From a virus (lineage: Duplodnaviria > Caudoviricetes): DNA of 61,789 nucleotides. Made by a program: the position numbers and the translations under genes. Positions 8,271 through 17,892 of this stretch are shown piece by piece. The stretch covers positions 1 through 61,789 of the IMG/VR virus record IMGVR_UViG_3300048079_000081, one strand, 5' to 3'. The notes beneath the pieces were generated by a model. That model was not told the origin of the DNA and did not search any database. It worked only from the letters and a program-made list of their open reading frames with translations. The first letter of the stretch is position 1, and every line of letters starts with the position of its first letter.

Positions 8271-9791
8271 GTGGGCACTCTGGCGCGCAAGCTGGGCAAG
8301 CTGCGGGCCGAGGAGAACCCGCACCTCCTCGACGGGCTCGACCCGGACGGCTACGGCGCGCTGGTGCTCGAGCTCTTCGATTGGGAGGGGACGTGGGCCC
8401 GGCCCGATCAATGCGAACCCAAGGGTTCGTGGCGCAAGTGGTTCATCAAGGGCGGCCGTGGATCGGGCAAGACGCGGACCGGGGCGGAGCTCGTGAGGAA
8501 GAAGGTGGAGACGAGCCAGGCGCTCCGGGTGGCGCTCGTCGGGCGCACGTCGGCGGACGTTCGCGACACCATGATCGAAGGGGAGAGCGGGCTCCTCGCC
8601 GTGGCGAGCCCTGGGAACCAGCCGCACTACAACCCGAGCCTCCGGCGGGTCGAGTGGAAAGGCACGATGGCCGTGGCCGGCCGCTACTACCAGGGCCGCA
8701 GCTACGAACGGGGGCCCATGGCCGTGGCGTTCTCTTCGGCCGAGCCGGACCTCCTGCGGGGCCCCCAGCATGACTTCGCCTGGGCGGACGAGATCGCGGC
8801 GTGGTCCTACGCGACCGAGACGTGGGACAACCTCATGCTGGGCCTGCGGATCGGGCAGAATCCGCAGGTGGTGGTGACCTCGACGCCGCGACCCATCAAG
8901 ATCGTGCGCGACCTCGTGGCGGACCCTCAGACGATCGTGACGAACCCGAGCACGTTCGCGAACATGGAAAACCTGGCGCCGGCGTTCGCGGCCGAGATCC
9001 TCCTCAAGTATCAGGGCACGGAGAAGGGCCGCCAGGAGCTCTACGGCGAGCTGCTCGAGGAGGCCGAGGGGGCGCTGTGGCGGCGCGCCTGGCTCGAGCG
9101 CGACCGGGTGGGCATCACGGAGGTCCCGACCCTGGCCGAGCTCGTGGTGGCGATCGACCCAGCCGTGAGCGCCGGGGACGAATCGAACGAGACGGGCATC
9201 GTCGCCGTGGGCGGCGCCTACGTGGCCGACGCCACTTCCCAGGGCCGGCCCGCCATCCACGTCTACACGCTCCGGGACGTGTCCGGCCGGTACTCGCCGG
9301 ACGGCTGGGCCCGGCGGGCGGTGGAGCTCTACGACGAGCTCAAGGCCGACGCCATCGTGGCCGAGCGGAACCAGGGCGGCGACATGGTGGAGCACACCAT
9401 TCGGACCGTTCCCCACCCCGGTCGCCCCGTGCCGGTCTACCTCGTGAGCGCCAGCCGGGGCAAGCGCACCCGGGCGGAGCCAGTCGCCGCCCTCTCCGAG
9501 CAGGGCCGCTACCACCACGTCCGCACGCGCTGGGCGGACGAATACGATGAGGACGGGGCGCTGCTCTACGACGCGCCTGGCGTGCCTCGCCGGCGCGAGG
9601 TCCCGAACCCGATGCCGGAGCTCGAGGACCAGCTCTGCAATTGGGAGCCAGGGCTGGCGGAATCACCCGATCGCATGGACGCTACAGTCTGGGGCGCGAC
9701 CAAGGTAGCCGAGCGCGGCACGCGGGAAGAGTTTCGGCTCGCCCGCCCGCTGGGCGAAAGCGACCGCGCCTCCAACTGGAGGACCCGATAG
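8271..9791 (+). CDS. terL: terminase large subunit
   Basis: Walker A GGRGSGKT, LRGPQ, Walker B AWADE, TSTP, nuclease VVAIDPA and SPDRMDA. Confidence 0.97.
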   Translation: MGTLARKLGKLRAEENPHLLDGLDPDGYGALVLELFDWEGTWARPDQCEPKGSWRKWFIKGGRGSGKTRTGAELVRKKVETSQALRVALVGRTSADVRDTMIEGESGLLAVASPGNQPHYNPSLRRVEWKGTMAVAGRYYQGRSYERGPMAVAFSSAEPDLLRGPQHDFAWADEIAAWSYATETWDNLMLGLRIGQNPQVVVTSTPRPIKIVRDLVADPQTIVTNPSTFANMENLAPAFAAEILLKYQGTEKGRQELYGELLEEAEGALWRRAWLERDRVGITEVPTLAELVVAIDPAVSAGDESNETGIVAVGGAYVADATSQGRPAIHVYTLRDVSGRYSPDGWARRAVELYDELKADAIVAERNQGGDMVEHTIRTVPHPGRPVPVYLVSASRGKRTRAEPVAALSEQGRYHHVRTRWADEYDEDGALLYDAPGVPRRREVPNPMPELEDQLCNWEPGLAESPDRMDATVWGATKVAERGTREEFRLARPLGESDRASNWRTR

Positions 9792-11198
9792 GTGGCGTCG
9801 AGGAAGACCGCGAAGGCCACGCTCCCGGAGCGTGCTCAGGACCGCCCGGCGCGCCGGCTTTCGAGCGACGAGCTCGGGAGCACCGGGCTGCGGATCTACG
9901 CCGGCCGGATCGACGAGGAGTTCCGGCGGGAGCTCCGCGGGAAGCGGGCGTTCCAAGTCTTCCGCGAGATGCGCGACAACGACCCGGTGGTCGGCGCCGT
10001 GCTCTTCGCCATCGAGATGTTCATGCGCCAGGTGTCGTGGCGCGTCGAGCCCGCGAGTCAGAAAACCGAGGATCAGGAGGTGGCCGAGTTTGTCGAGGGC
10101 GCCTTCGGCGACATGACCGAATCGTGGCCGGACACGCTTTCCGCGATCCTTTCCTTCCTGCCCTTCGGTTTCTCACTTCACGAGGAGGTCTACAAGCTAC
10201 GCAACGGACCGAGCCGCGATCCCGAGGCCGACTCCATGTTCGACGACGGCCGGATCGGCTGGCGCAAGCTGCCGATCCGTGCCCAGGAAACGATCGACCG
10301 CTGGGATCTCGGCGAACACGGCGAGCTCCGCGCGGCGGAGCAATTCGCGGCGCCGAGCTACCGGCGCGTGACCATTCCCTTCGACCGGTTCCTGCTCTTC
10401 CGCACCACGACGGAGAAGGCCAACCCCCAAGGCCGCTCCATGCTGCGCAACGCCTGGCGGCCGTGGGTGTTCAAGCACCGAATCGAGGAGATCGAGGGCA
10501 TCGGCATCGAACGCGACCTGGCCGGCTTGCCGGTTGCGCACGTGCCGGTCGAGCTCCTCATGGCCGACGCTTCGCCCGCCGACCGGGCCCTGGCCGACGA
10601 CCTCGCGAAGCTGGTGCGGAACATCCGACGCGACGAGAAGGAGGGCATCCTCTTTCCGCGCCTGGTCACCAAGGAAGGGCACGAGCTCTACAAGCTCGAG
10701 CTGCTGACCACGGGCGGCCGCCGCCAATTCGATACCACCACGATCATCAACCGCTACGACGCCCGGATCGCGATGACCGCGCTCGCGGACTTCATCGTGC
10801 TGGGCCATGAGAAGGTCGGTAGCTTCGCGCTCGCGAGCTCGAAGACCAACCTGTTCGCGCTGGCGCTGGGCGCCTGGCTCGACTCCGTGACCGACGCCTT
10901 CAACCGCTACGGCATCCCGCGTCTCCTCGAGCTCAACACGTTCACCGGCTCGAGGCCGAAGCTCGTCCACGGCGATGTGGAAACGATCGACCTCCAGGAG
11001 CTCGGGGCGTTCATCACGGCTCTGGCCGGCGCCGGGGCCCCGCTCTTCCCGAACAAGGAGCTCGAGCGGTGGCTCCTCGACCAAGCGGGCGCGCCGACGA
11101 TCGAGGCGGAGGCATCGGAGCTCGAGGTGCCGGAGCTCGAGCAGGACCCGGACCCGGAGCTGCCGCCGAAGCCCCCGGAGGCGCCGGAGGAGATGTGA
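9792..11198 (+). CDS. portal protein (DUF935/Mu gp29-like)
   Basis: Follows terL; EMRDNDPVVGA, NPQGRSMLRNAW, GIERDLAGLP, GSFAL. Confidence 0.9.
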   Translation: MASRKTAKATLPERAQDRPARRLSSDELGSTGLRIYAGRIDEEFRRELRGKRAFQVFREMRDNDPVVGAVLFAIEMFMRQVSWRVEPASQKTEDQEVAEFVEGAFGDMTESWPDTLSAILSFLPFGFSLHEEVYKLRNGPSRDPEADSMFDDGRIGWRKLPIRAQETIDRWDLGEHGELRAAEQFAAPSYRRVTIPFDRFLLFRTTTEKANPQGRSMLRNAWRPWVFKHRIEEIEGIGIERDLAGLPVAHVPVELLMADASPADRALADDLAKLVRNIRRDEKEGILFPRLVTKEGHELYKLELLTTGGRRQFDTTTIINRYDARIAMTALADFIVLGHEKVGSFALASSKTNLFALALGAWLDSVTDAFNRYGIPRLLELNTFTGSRPKLVHGDVETIDLQELGAFITALAGAGAPLFPNKELERWLLDQAGAPTIEAEASELEVPELEQDPDPELPPKPPEAPEEM

Positions 11199-12142
11199 GC
11201 CGCCGGCGCGGGCCGATCTTCAAAGCGACGCGCCGCGAGGAGCGCGAGGCGAACCGACGGGCCCGGCAGCGCCTCGGCCGCGCCGTCGCCGGAGACTTCG
11301 AGGCCGCGGCGGACGCCTTCGTGGCGTTCTCCACGGCGCGCCTCGGGGGCGGCCCCCGCGAGATCCGCCCCTTCACCTTCGAGTTTCCCATGGCGCAGTT
11401 TCGGGGGCGCCTGGCCGTGAGCCTACGTCAACGCCTGCGGGAAGCGGTGGAGACAGGCGGGCGTCTGGGCATGAGGTTCCGGCCTCCCGCCTTCCCGAGG
11501 CTGCCGCCCGCGCTCGTGCCGGAGCTCGCGGCCGGCTTCATTGAAACCCAGGCGACGCGCGCCGTCACCGCCATCACGGCCCAGACGCGCACGGGCATCC
11601 GGCGCGCCTTGCTCGACGCGCTCACGGACCAAGTCTCCCCCACGGAGACTTTCCAGCGCATCGGCCGGACGGCCGGGCTCACCTCGCGGCAGACCACGGC
11701 CGTCGGAAACTTCCGGCGAGAGCTCGAGCGCCGGCTGGTGCCAGTGGAGCGGGCAAGGACGCCCCAGATCCGGGAGCTCATCGAACGACGGGTCGGGGCC
11801 TATCGCGACCGCTTGATGCGCTACCGGGGCCAGGTGATCGGCGAGACGGAGATGCAGGCGGCAATCCAGGCGGGCGAGCGCGGCTACTACGAAGCCGCCG
11901 CCTCCGAAGGCGACGTCGACCTCGAAGCGGTCGAGAAGACGTGGTTCACGGTTCAAGACGAGCGCGTCTGCCCCATCTGCGAGCCGCTCCACGAGGAAAC
12001 GGTGCCATTCGGGGAGCTTTTCGACTCATCCGAAGGTGCACTCGAGGGCCCCCCCGCACATCCGAGTTGCAGGTGTTTCCTGCGGTTCACCGGCGAGGCG
12101 CCTCAGGTGGTCGCCGAGCTCGAGGCCGAGGAGTCAGGGTGA
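11195..12142 (+). CDS. head morphogenesis protein (MuF/SPP1 gp7-like)
   Basis: KTW.T..DERVCPIC..LH...PPAHPSCRC. Confidence 0.88.
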   Translation: MSRRRGPIFKATRREEREANRRARQRLGRAVAGDFEAAADAFVAFSTARLGGGPREIRPFTFEFPMAQFRGRLAVSLRQRLREAVETGGRLGMRFRPPAFPRLPPALVPELAAGFIETQATRAVTAITAQTRTGIRRALLDALTDQVSPTETFQRIGRTAGLTSRQTTAVGNFRRELERRLVPVERARTPQIRELIERRVGAYRDRLMRYRGQVIGETEMQAAIQAGERGYYEAAASEGDVDLEAVEKTWFTVQDERVCPICEPLHEETVPFGELFDSSEGALEGPPAHPSCRCFLRFTGEAPQVVAELEAEESG

Positions 12143-12660
12143 GCGAAGAAGGCCCGCGCCGAGCCTACGGTTCCGGCTCTATCTACCGCCGGCGGGAGGG
12201 CCTTTGGGCTGCCGAGATCACCCTCCGGCGCGGCCTCGAGCGGGTGCGGCGCCGCTGGTACGGACGGACGCCCGAGGAGGCCGAGGCGAAGCTCAACCGC
12301 TACCTCGATTCCATGCCGAAGGGGATGCGCCGGCTCAACCAGAAGGCGATGCGCCGGCCAGTGAATGGCACTCCCATTCCGGCTCCCGTGCCTACGATGC
12401 CGCAACCGAAAACCGTGGTGGCTTCGGCACTTGTGACTCCTCCGCTTGTGGCTTCTTCCGCTTGTATCGTGCCCACGCCCGCGCTCCGGTGGCAGGACGC
12501 GGAGTGGCTCGAGAAGCTCGCCGCCACGGTCGAGGCCGGCGTGAACACGGAGGGCCAGGTGGTGATGGAGAGCGAGCTGGCGATCAGGATCGTGGTGGAG
12601 CTCCGCGAGGTCATCCGACGCAACCGCCCCGCTGGGGTAAGCTGGCTGCGCGCCCGCTAG
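12139..12660 (+). CDS. protein with integrase-type N-terminal arm-DNA-binding domain, no catalytic domain
   Basis: RRAYGSGSIYRRREGLWAAEIT...RRRWYGRTPEEAEAKL, Pro-rich linker, short helical C-terminus. Confidence 0.7.
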   Translation: MSEEGPRRAYGSGSIYRRREGLWAAEITLRRGLERVRRRWYGRTPEEAEAKLNRYLDSMPKGMRRLNQKAMRRPVNGTPIPAPVPTMPQPKTVVASALVTPPLVASSACIVPTPALRWQDAEWLEKLAATVEAGVNTEGQVVMESELAIRIVVELREVIRRNRPAGVSWLRAR

Positions 12661-12686
12661 CTGCCCTGGGCGCCTAGGATCGTCCC

Positions 12687-13250
12687 GTGCCTGTGATGCG
12701 CTGCCGAAGCGAAGGCCGCGCCGGCTACAAGTGGGGCGCGAGCGGGGTGTGCTTCACCGGTGCGGATGCGCGCGGGCGCGCGGTGGCGGTGGGGCGCGCG
12801 GTCTACGCGCGGAGGAACGCCTCGAAGATGCAGGACACGGCCGAGTTCCGGTTTGCCGTCTCGAAGGTGGAACGCGCCGAGGGCAACGTCTACGGCTGGG
12901 CCTACCAGTGCGAGCGCGATGGCGCGCAGGTGATCGACCACTCTGGCGAGTACATCCCGGCCGAGGAGCTGCGCAAGGCGGTCATCGACTTCAACCTCGA
13001 GAGCCGGGCCGGAGGCGAGATGCACGACCCGGCCTCGCGCGGCCGGGGCCAGTGTATCGAGACGGTCTTCTTCGACCGCGAGAAGTGGGAAGCCGTCGGC
13101 GTGGCGAAGGCCGAGGCGGAGCGGCTTCCAGTCGGGTGGTGGGTGGGCTTCCACTTCGACCCGGAGGACGCCATCTTCCAGCGCGCCGTCGCGGGCGAGC
13201 GCCCGATGTTCTCCATCGGCGGCAGCGCCGAGAAGGTAGAGGTGGGCTGA
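12687..13250 (+). CDS. XkdF-like putative prohead serine protease
   Basis: VYGWA...VIDHSGE.I..EEL.KA..DF...GEMH...GWWVGF...FSIGG; TAGGAT 6 nt upstream of GTG. Confidence 0.8.
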   Translation: MPVMRCRSEGRAGYKWGASGVCFTGADARGRAVAVGRAVYARRNASKMQDTAEFRFAVSKVERAEGNVYGWAYQCERDGAQVIDHSGEYIPAEELRKAVIDFNLESRAGGEMHDPASRGRGQCIETVFFDREKWEAVGVAKAEAERLPVGWWVGFHFDPEDAIFQRAVAGERPMFSIGGSAEKVEVG

Positions 13251-14437
13251 TGGCCGAGATCAAGAAGCCGCGCAAGATGCTCCGCGCGCTCAAGATCGGC
13301 GAGGTGTCCGTCGTGGACTCGGGCGACAACCCTGGCGCCCGCGTGGTCCTCTACAAGCGCGGACCTGGCGATGTGCCCCACGCGCCCGTCGAAAAGCGGT
13401 GGCTGGACGCCGTGTTGCATCGCCTCGGACTCCGCAAGGACGAGCACGGCGAAGAAGAGCCGAGGAGTTTCGAGGAGGTCCGCGAGGACTGGAGTGCGAT
13501 GCACGCCATGGGCGTGCTCAGCGAGCGGCTCGAGGCGCTCCGAACGGCCCTCGCCGAGATCGTGCACTCCGAGGGCGAGGACAAGGAGGCGCTCCTACGC
13601 GAGAGCCTCGACCAATTTTCGGACGAGATGGGGGAGCAGGTGGGGGAGATCCTTGCCGGGCGCATCGCCAAGGCTCTAGGATCGAGGCCGGACCCGTCCC
13701 GCGCAGGAGGAGACGCCATGGCGTTCGATGTGACCAAGCTGCCGGAGGCCCTCCGTGGGCTCTTCGCCAAGGTCAAGGTCGAGGCGCTGCCCGCGGAAGC
13801 CCAGGCCGCCCTCGACGCGATGGGCGTCGCCTACCAGACGGCGGCGGGCGCCCAGGCCACCGCCGAGGCGGCCGCCCTCGCGGCGAAGGCGGAGCTCGAG
13901 AAGCGGAACAAGCCGCCCGATCCCGACGACGCCGACCCGGTGCTCAAGGCGCTGTCCCCCGAAGCCCGCACCGCCGTCAAGGCGGAGCGCGAGCGGGTGA
14001 AGGCGGAGCAGGAGCGGATCGAGAAGGAGCGCGCGGGCGACCGCAAGCGGATCGAGAAGCTCGAGGCCGACGCCACGCGCGAGCGCCTCGCGAAGCGGGC
14101 CGCGCCCTACGTGCTCTTCGGCAAGAAGCCGGAGGAGCTCGTGGCGATGTTCGGGAAGGCGGAGGCCGCCGGGCTCCTCGACGAGCTCGAGGCGACCCTC
14201 AAGGTGGCCCACGCCCAGGCGGAGAAGGCCAAGGTGCTCGAGGAGCTCGGGTCCGGCGCGGCGATCTTCACCGGCTCGGCGGTCGAGGAGATCCGCGTGG
14301 CGGCGACCAAGATCCGCGCGGCCGAGCCGAAGCTCACCGAAGCGCAGGCTTTCACGAAGGCCATGCGGGAGCACCCGGAGCTCGCCAAGCGACACCGCGC
14401 GGAGCAGCTCGCGGCGCAGCACGGCGGCGTCCACTAG
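13250..14437 (+). CDS. putative capsid scaffolding protein
   Basis: LRALKIGEVSVVD.GDNPGARVVLYKR N-terminus, long charged coiled coil, position. Confidence 0.75.
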   Translation: MAEIKKPRKMLRALKIGEVSVVDSGDNPGARVVLYKRGPGDVPHAPVEKRWLDAVLHRLGLRKDEHGEEEPRSFEEVREDWSAMHAMGVLSERLEALRTALAEIVHSEGEDKEALLRESLDQFSDEMGEQVGEILAGRIAKALGSRPDPSRAGGDAMAFDVTKLPEALRGLFAKVKVEALPAEAQAALDAMGVAYQTAAGAQATAEAAALAAKAELEKRNKPPDPDDADPVLKALSPEARTAVKAERERVKAEQERIEKERAGDRKRIEKLEADATRERLAKRAAPYVLFGKKPEELVAMFGKAEAAGLLDELEATLKVAHAQAEKAKVLEELGSGAAIFTGSAVEEIRVAATKIRAAEPKLTEAQAFTKAMREHPELAKRHRAEQLAAQHGGVH

Positions 14438-14469
14438 ATCGCGCGGAGCGCGAGTGTGAGGAGCCCACG

Positions 14470-14841
14470 ATGGCGAAGGAAATCCAGGGCAACACCTACA
14501 GCTTCCCGGCTGCCTCCGACCTCTCGACGCACCAGTTCAAGATGGTCGTGGTGAACACCGCCGGCCGGATCGAGCTCTCCGGTGCCGGCGCCGCGGTTGA
14601 TGGCGTGTTGCTCGACAAGCCCAACGCCGCCGGCAAGCACGGAGACGTGCAGGTTGACGGGATCGCGAAGATCGTCTGCGGCAGCGCCATCGCCGTCGGC
14701 GACCTCGTTGCGTCGGATGCGAGCGGCGTCCTCGATACGGCCGCGACCACCGAGTACATCCTCGGCCGCGCGCTCACCGCCACCGCGGCGGCCGGAGAGC
14801 TCTGCTCCGTGCTCATCACCCGACCCGGCAGGCTGGCGTAG
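14470..14841 (+). CDS. capsid cement/decoration protein (DUF2190-like)
   Basis: GVL.DKP..AG...V.VDGI.KI..G.AIAVGD.V.SDASG; SD GAGGAG. Confidence 0.8.
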   Translation: MAKEIQGNTYSFPAASDLSTHQFKMVVVNTAGRIELSGAGAAVDGVLLDKPNAAGKHGDVQVDGIAKIVCGSAIAVGDLVASDASGVLDTAATTEYILGRALTATAAAGELCSVLITRPGRLA

Positions 14842-14889
14842 CCGGAGCAACAAGGGGCCGGCTGATCCGGCCGCCAGGAGGAGGGGGCG

Positions 14890-15840
14890 ATGCCTCAGCC
14901 GACGGTTCAAGACGTTCACGTCGACGCCGCCTTGACGACGGTTTCCACGGCGTACATCCAGAGCGCCGACAAGTTCGTCGCGGCTCGCGTGTTCCCCGTG
15001 GTGCCGGTCGAGCACAAGAGCGACAAGTACCACCGCTTCGACAAGGACGACTTCCTCCGCGACGAGGCGGAGGAGCGTGCGCCGTCCTCGGAGAGCGCGG
15101 GCTCTGGCTTCCGCGTGGCGCAGGACGACTACAGCGCGCGCACCTACGCCTTCCACAAGGACGTGGACGACGAGGTGCGGGCCAACGCCGATCCGGCCGC
15201 CGACGTGGACGAGGCCGCGACGCGGTTCGTCACCCAGAAGATGCTGATGAAGCGCGAGACGGTCTGGCGCGATGCCTACTTCGTGACCGGTGCCTGGACC
15301 AACCAGACCACGCCTGGCACGCTCTGGCAGCTCGCCGCCTCGACGCCGATCACCGACATCAACACCCAGATCGACGCGATCGAAGCGCGGACGGGCTACC
15401 GGCCGAACGTCATCGTGGCCGGTGCGCAGGTGTCACGGGCGCTCAAGAACCACCCCGACATCATCGACCGCTACAAGTTCGTGCAGCCCGGCATCATCAC
15501 GACCCAGCTCCTCGCTTCGCTCTTCGAGGTGGATGAGTTCGTCGAGATGCGTGCCGTGACGAACACGGCGGTGGAGGGCGCAGCGACCCAGCTCCCGGGC
15601 TACATCGGTGGGAAGCACCTGCTGCTCGCCTACCGAGCGCCGAACCCCGGCATCATGGAGCCCACCGCCGGCTACATCTTCGCGTGGTCGGGCCTGCTCG
15701 GCGCGGACGCCTACGGCAACCGCGTCTCGCGGTTCCGCGTCCCCGTGAAGCGGTCGGACCGGATCGAAGGCGAAATGAGCTTCGCCGCCAAGAAGGTCGC
15801 GGACGACCTGGCGCACTTCTTCCTGAGCGCGGTGGCGTAA
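14890..15840 (+). CDS. major capsid protein
   Basis: DVHVDAALTTVS.AY.Q...FVA..VFP.VPV...SDKY..F; strong SD; position. Confidence 0.92.
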   Translation: MPQPTVQDVHVDAALTTVSTAYIQSADKFVAARVFPVVPVEHKSDKYHRFDKDDFLRDEAEERAPSSESAGSGFRVAQDDYSARTYAFHKDVDDEVRANADPAADVDEAATRFVTQKMLMKRETVWRDAYFVTGAWTNQTTPGTLWQLAASTPITDINTQIDAIEARTGYRPNVIVAGAQVSRALKNHPDIIDRYKFVQPGIITTQLLASLFEVDEFVEMRAVTNTAVEGAATQLPGYIGGKHLLLAYRAPNPGIMEPTAGYIFAWSGLLGADAYGNRVSRFRVPVKRSDRIEGEMSFAAKKVADDLAHFFLSAVA

Positions 15841-15844
15841 GCCG

Positions 15845-16210
15845 GTGCCGGCCGTGGGCTACTTCGCCGGCCGGCGGCTCGAAACCGCCGGCCAGCACTA
15901 CGCCTACGGCGCGCGGCTACCCGCCGACACGGCGCGGTGGCCGAACATCGAATGGCTCCTGCGCTCGGGCTCTATCTACTGCCTCGAGCTCGACGCGATC
16001 GGCGAACCGCTGGGCCTGCCGGGTCGGCTGCCGCTCTTGAGCGAACGGTTCCTGCGGGCCTCCGTAGAGCTCCACCGCCGCTCATTGGAGCTTCCGGCGG
16101 ACGAGGCCGCGCCGTCTCCGCCGGCGCTCACGCTCCCAGTGCGCGAGGAGCCCAACCCTCGCAGTCGAGGAGGGCGCGGCCGGCGGGAGGCCAGGGCGGA
16201 GGCGGGGTAA
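15845..16210 (+). CDS. hypothetical protein
   Basis: Fills the gap after the capsid gene. Confidence 0.6.
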   Translation: MPAVGYFAGRRLETAGQHYAYGARLPADTARWPNIEWLLRSGSIYCLELDAIGEPLGLPGRLPLLSERFLRASVELHRRSLELPADEAAPSPPALTLPVREEPNPRSRGGRGRREARAEAG

Positions 16211-16213
16211 GCC

Positions 16214-16660
16214 TTGCACGTCGTAAAGGCCACTTACTCCAGCGACCCGGCAAGCTCAGAGCTCGACCTCGTGCGCCTCGAGATCGGCGACACCGACATG
16301 TCGGCGCCGCACCTCGGCGACCCGGAGATCGAGCACTTCATCGCGCTTGAGCCCAACGCCTACTTCGCCGCCGCCCGGGCGGCGGAAGCCATCGCCGCGA
16401 AGTTCGCTGCGTGCGTGGACGAGAGCGGCGGGGGCATCAGCCGGTCGAACGCCCAGGTCTACGAGCACTACATGGCGCTAGCCGGCCAGCTCCGGCTACG
16501 GGGCTCGCGCTCGAGCATGAGGATGACCGCCGCCTCGGAGGACGAGAAGCGGGCGGACGCCCAGGACGCGGACCTCGTGCAGCCCTACTTCCGGCGCGGT
16601 CAGCACGACAACCCGCGCAGCGGCCTCGACGAGCCTGAGAGCCCGCTCGAGGGCCTGTAG
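16214..16660 (+). CDS. head-tail adaptor/connector
   Basis: TYSSDP...D.VRL.IGDTD...L.D.EI...AAA.AAE.IAAKFA. Confidence 0.8.
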   Translation: MHVVKATYSSDPASSELDLVRLEIGDTDMSAPHLGDPEIEHFIALEPNAYFAAARAAEAIAAKFAACVDESGGGISRSNAQVYEHYMALAGQLRLRGSRSSMRMTAASEDEKRADAQDADLVQPYFRRGQHDNPRSGLDEPESPLEGL

Positions 16661-16662
16661 CC

Positions 16663-17037
16663 GTGGCCCAGGGCTGCCGGGGCATCCCGAAAACGGTGGC
16701 GAACGCCACGGCGGTGTCGATCACGCGGCCGACCCGAGGCGGGCCCGGCGGCGACATCACGGGGACGCCGGCGACCATCGGGACCTACACGGCGGGGCTC
16801 CACCGCGTCCGCCACCAGCTTTTCAAGCGGCCGGACGGCCGGGAGCAGGAGATCGTCGGGGAGCTCGCCGTGGACGGCTTCGACTCGGACGGGGCGGCGG
16901 ACGGCATCACGGAGGGCGACCTGGCCAGTTTCACCCTGGTGAGTGGCCGGACGGTGGTGGAGCAGGAGGTGGTATCGGTGCAGGAGTACGCGCCTGGCGG
17001 TAGGCTCTCCTGGGTGGTGCTAAGCCTTGGCGGTTAG
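16663..17037 (+). CDS. putative head-closure protein
   Basis: Position and beta-rich 124 aa. Confidence 0.6.
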   Translation: MAQGCRGIPKTVANATAVSITRPTRGGPGGDITGTPATIGTYTAGLHRVRHQLFKRPDGREQEIVGELAVDGFDSDGAADGITEGDLASFTLVSGRTVVEQEVVSVQEYAPGGRLSWVVLSLGG

Positions 17038-17449
17038 GGGCCTCCGAACGGTCCGGCGCAACCTGCGGCGCGTGCGGGAGCACGTGGCCGAGGCGATCTC
17101 TCAAGGAATGGATGACGTGGCGAACGATCTGCTCGACCGATCCCTGGCGCTGGCCCCCCAGCTCTCCGGGGACCTCGTGAACGACGCGCTCGTGCGGAAG
17201 CTCGACACCCGCACCCGCTTCGCCCGGGCCGTTGAGTACGGCCCGCCGGGCTCCGGTTCGACCGCCTACGCCAAGGTCCGCCACGAGGACTTCTACAACC
17301 TGGGGCCCATCTCGAGCCTCAAGCCAGGGACCTCGGACGGCGCGGTGGGTAGGAAGTACCTCGAGCTCCCCTTCAACCGCCACGCCCAGCGGTACATCGA
17401 AGAGGTGGGCCGGGCCGTGGAGCGCAGCCTGCGCCGGAGTCTCGCCTGA
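17027..17449 (+). CDS. HK97 gp10-like neck protein
   Basis: S..LAP..SGDL...YA.VRHE...G.KYLE.P. Confidence 0.75.
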   Translation: MAVRGLRTVRRNLRRVREHVAEAISQGMDDVANDLLDRSLALAPQLSGDLVNDALVRKLDTRTRFARAVEYGPPGSGSTAYAKVRHEDFYNLGPISSLKPGTSDGAVGRKYLELPFNRHAQRYIEEVGRAVERSLRRSLA

Positions 17450-17883
17450 TGGCGCTCCCGAACACGCGCATCGACCAAGGCTTCGCCGAGGAGCTCAAGG
17501 CGCGCGGCTTCGGCTTCCTCTACTCGGACGCGCCGGGCGTCGGCGCCAAGATTTTCGTCGGCGAGGAGGAGCCGTCCCCGGACCGCGCGATCACGGTGGT
17601 GCTCGAGGGCTCGGGCCCGGGCGGCGTCCGGCGGAACATTTCCGAGAGCTACGCCATGACGGTGCGATTCCGGGATACCACTTACGAGCTCGCGAGCACG
17701 CTCGCGTTCGACGTGTTCAAGGATCTGGTCCGCAACGACCAAGGCCAGTTCGGCGGCGCCCTCGTGGCGAGGGCGACGCTCAGCTCCAGTCCGGTACCCC
17801 TCGGCCGAGATGACGCGCCGCGCGGAGGCCGCTGGCGTTTCACGCTGCCGGTGGCGTTGCTCGTCAAGGCAAACGATACCTAG
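17449..17883 (+). CDS. putative tail terminator
   Basis: IFVGEEEP.PDRAITV...P.PLGRDD; precedes tube gene. Confidence 0.65.
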   Translation: MALPNTRIDQGFAEELKARGFGFLYSDAPGVGAKIFVGEEEPSPDRAITVVLEGSGPGGVRRNISESYAMTVRFRDTTYELASTLAFDVFKDLVRNDQGQFGGALVARATLSSSPVPLGRDDAPRGGRWRFTLPVALLVKANDT

Positions 17884-17892
17884 GAGGCCGCC

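Noticed and set aside
12139-12660. Functional integrase and temperate lifestyle
   Set aside because: Only the arm-binding-like region is present; lifestyle remains undetermined
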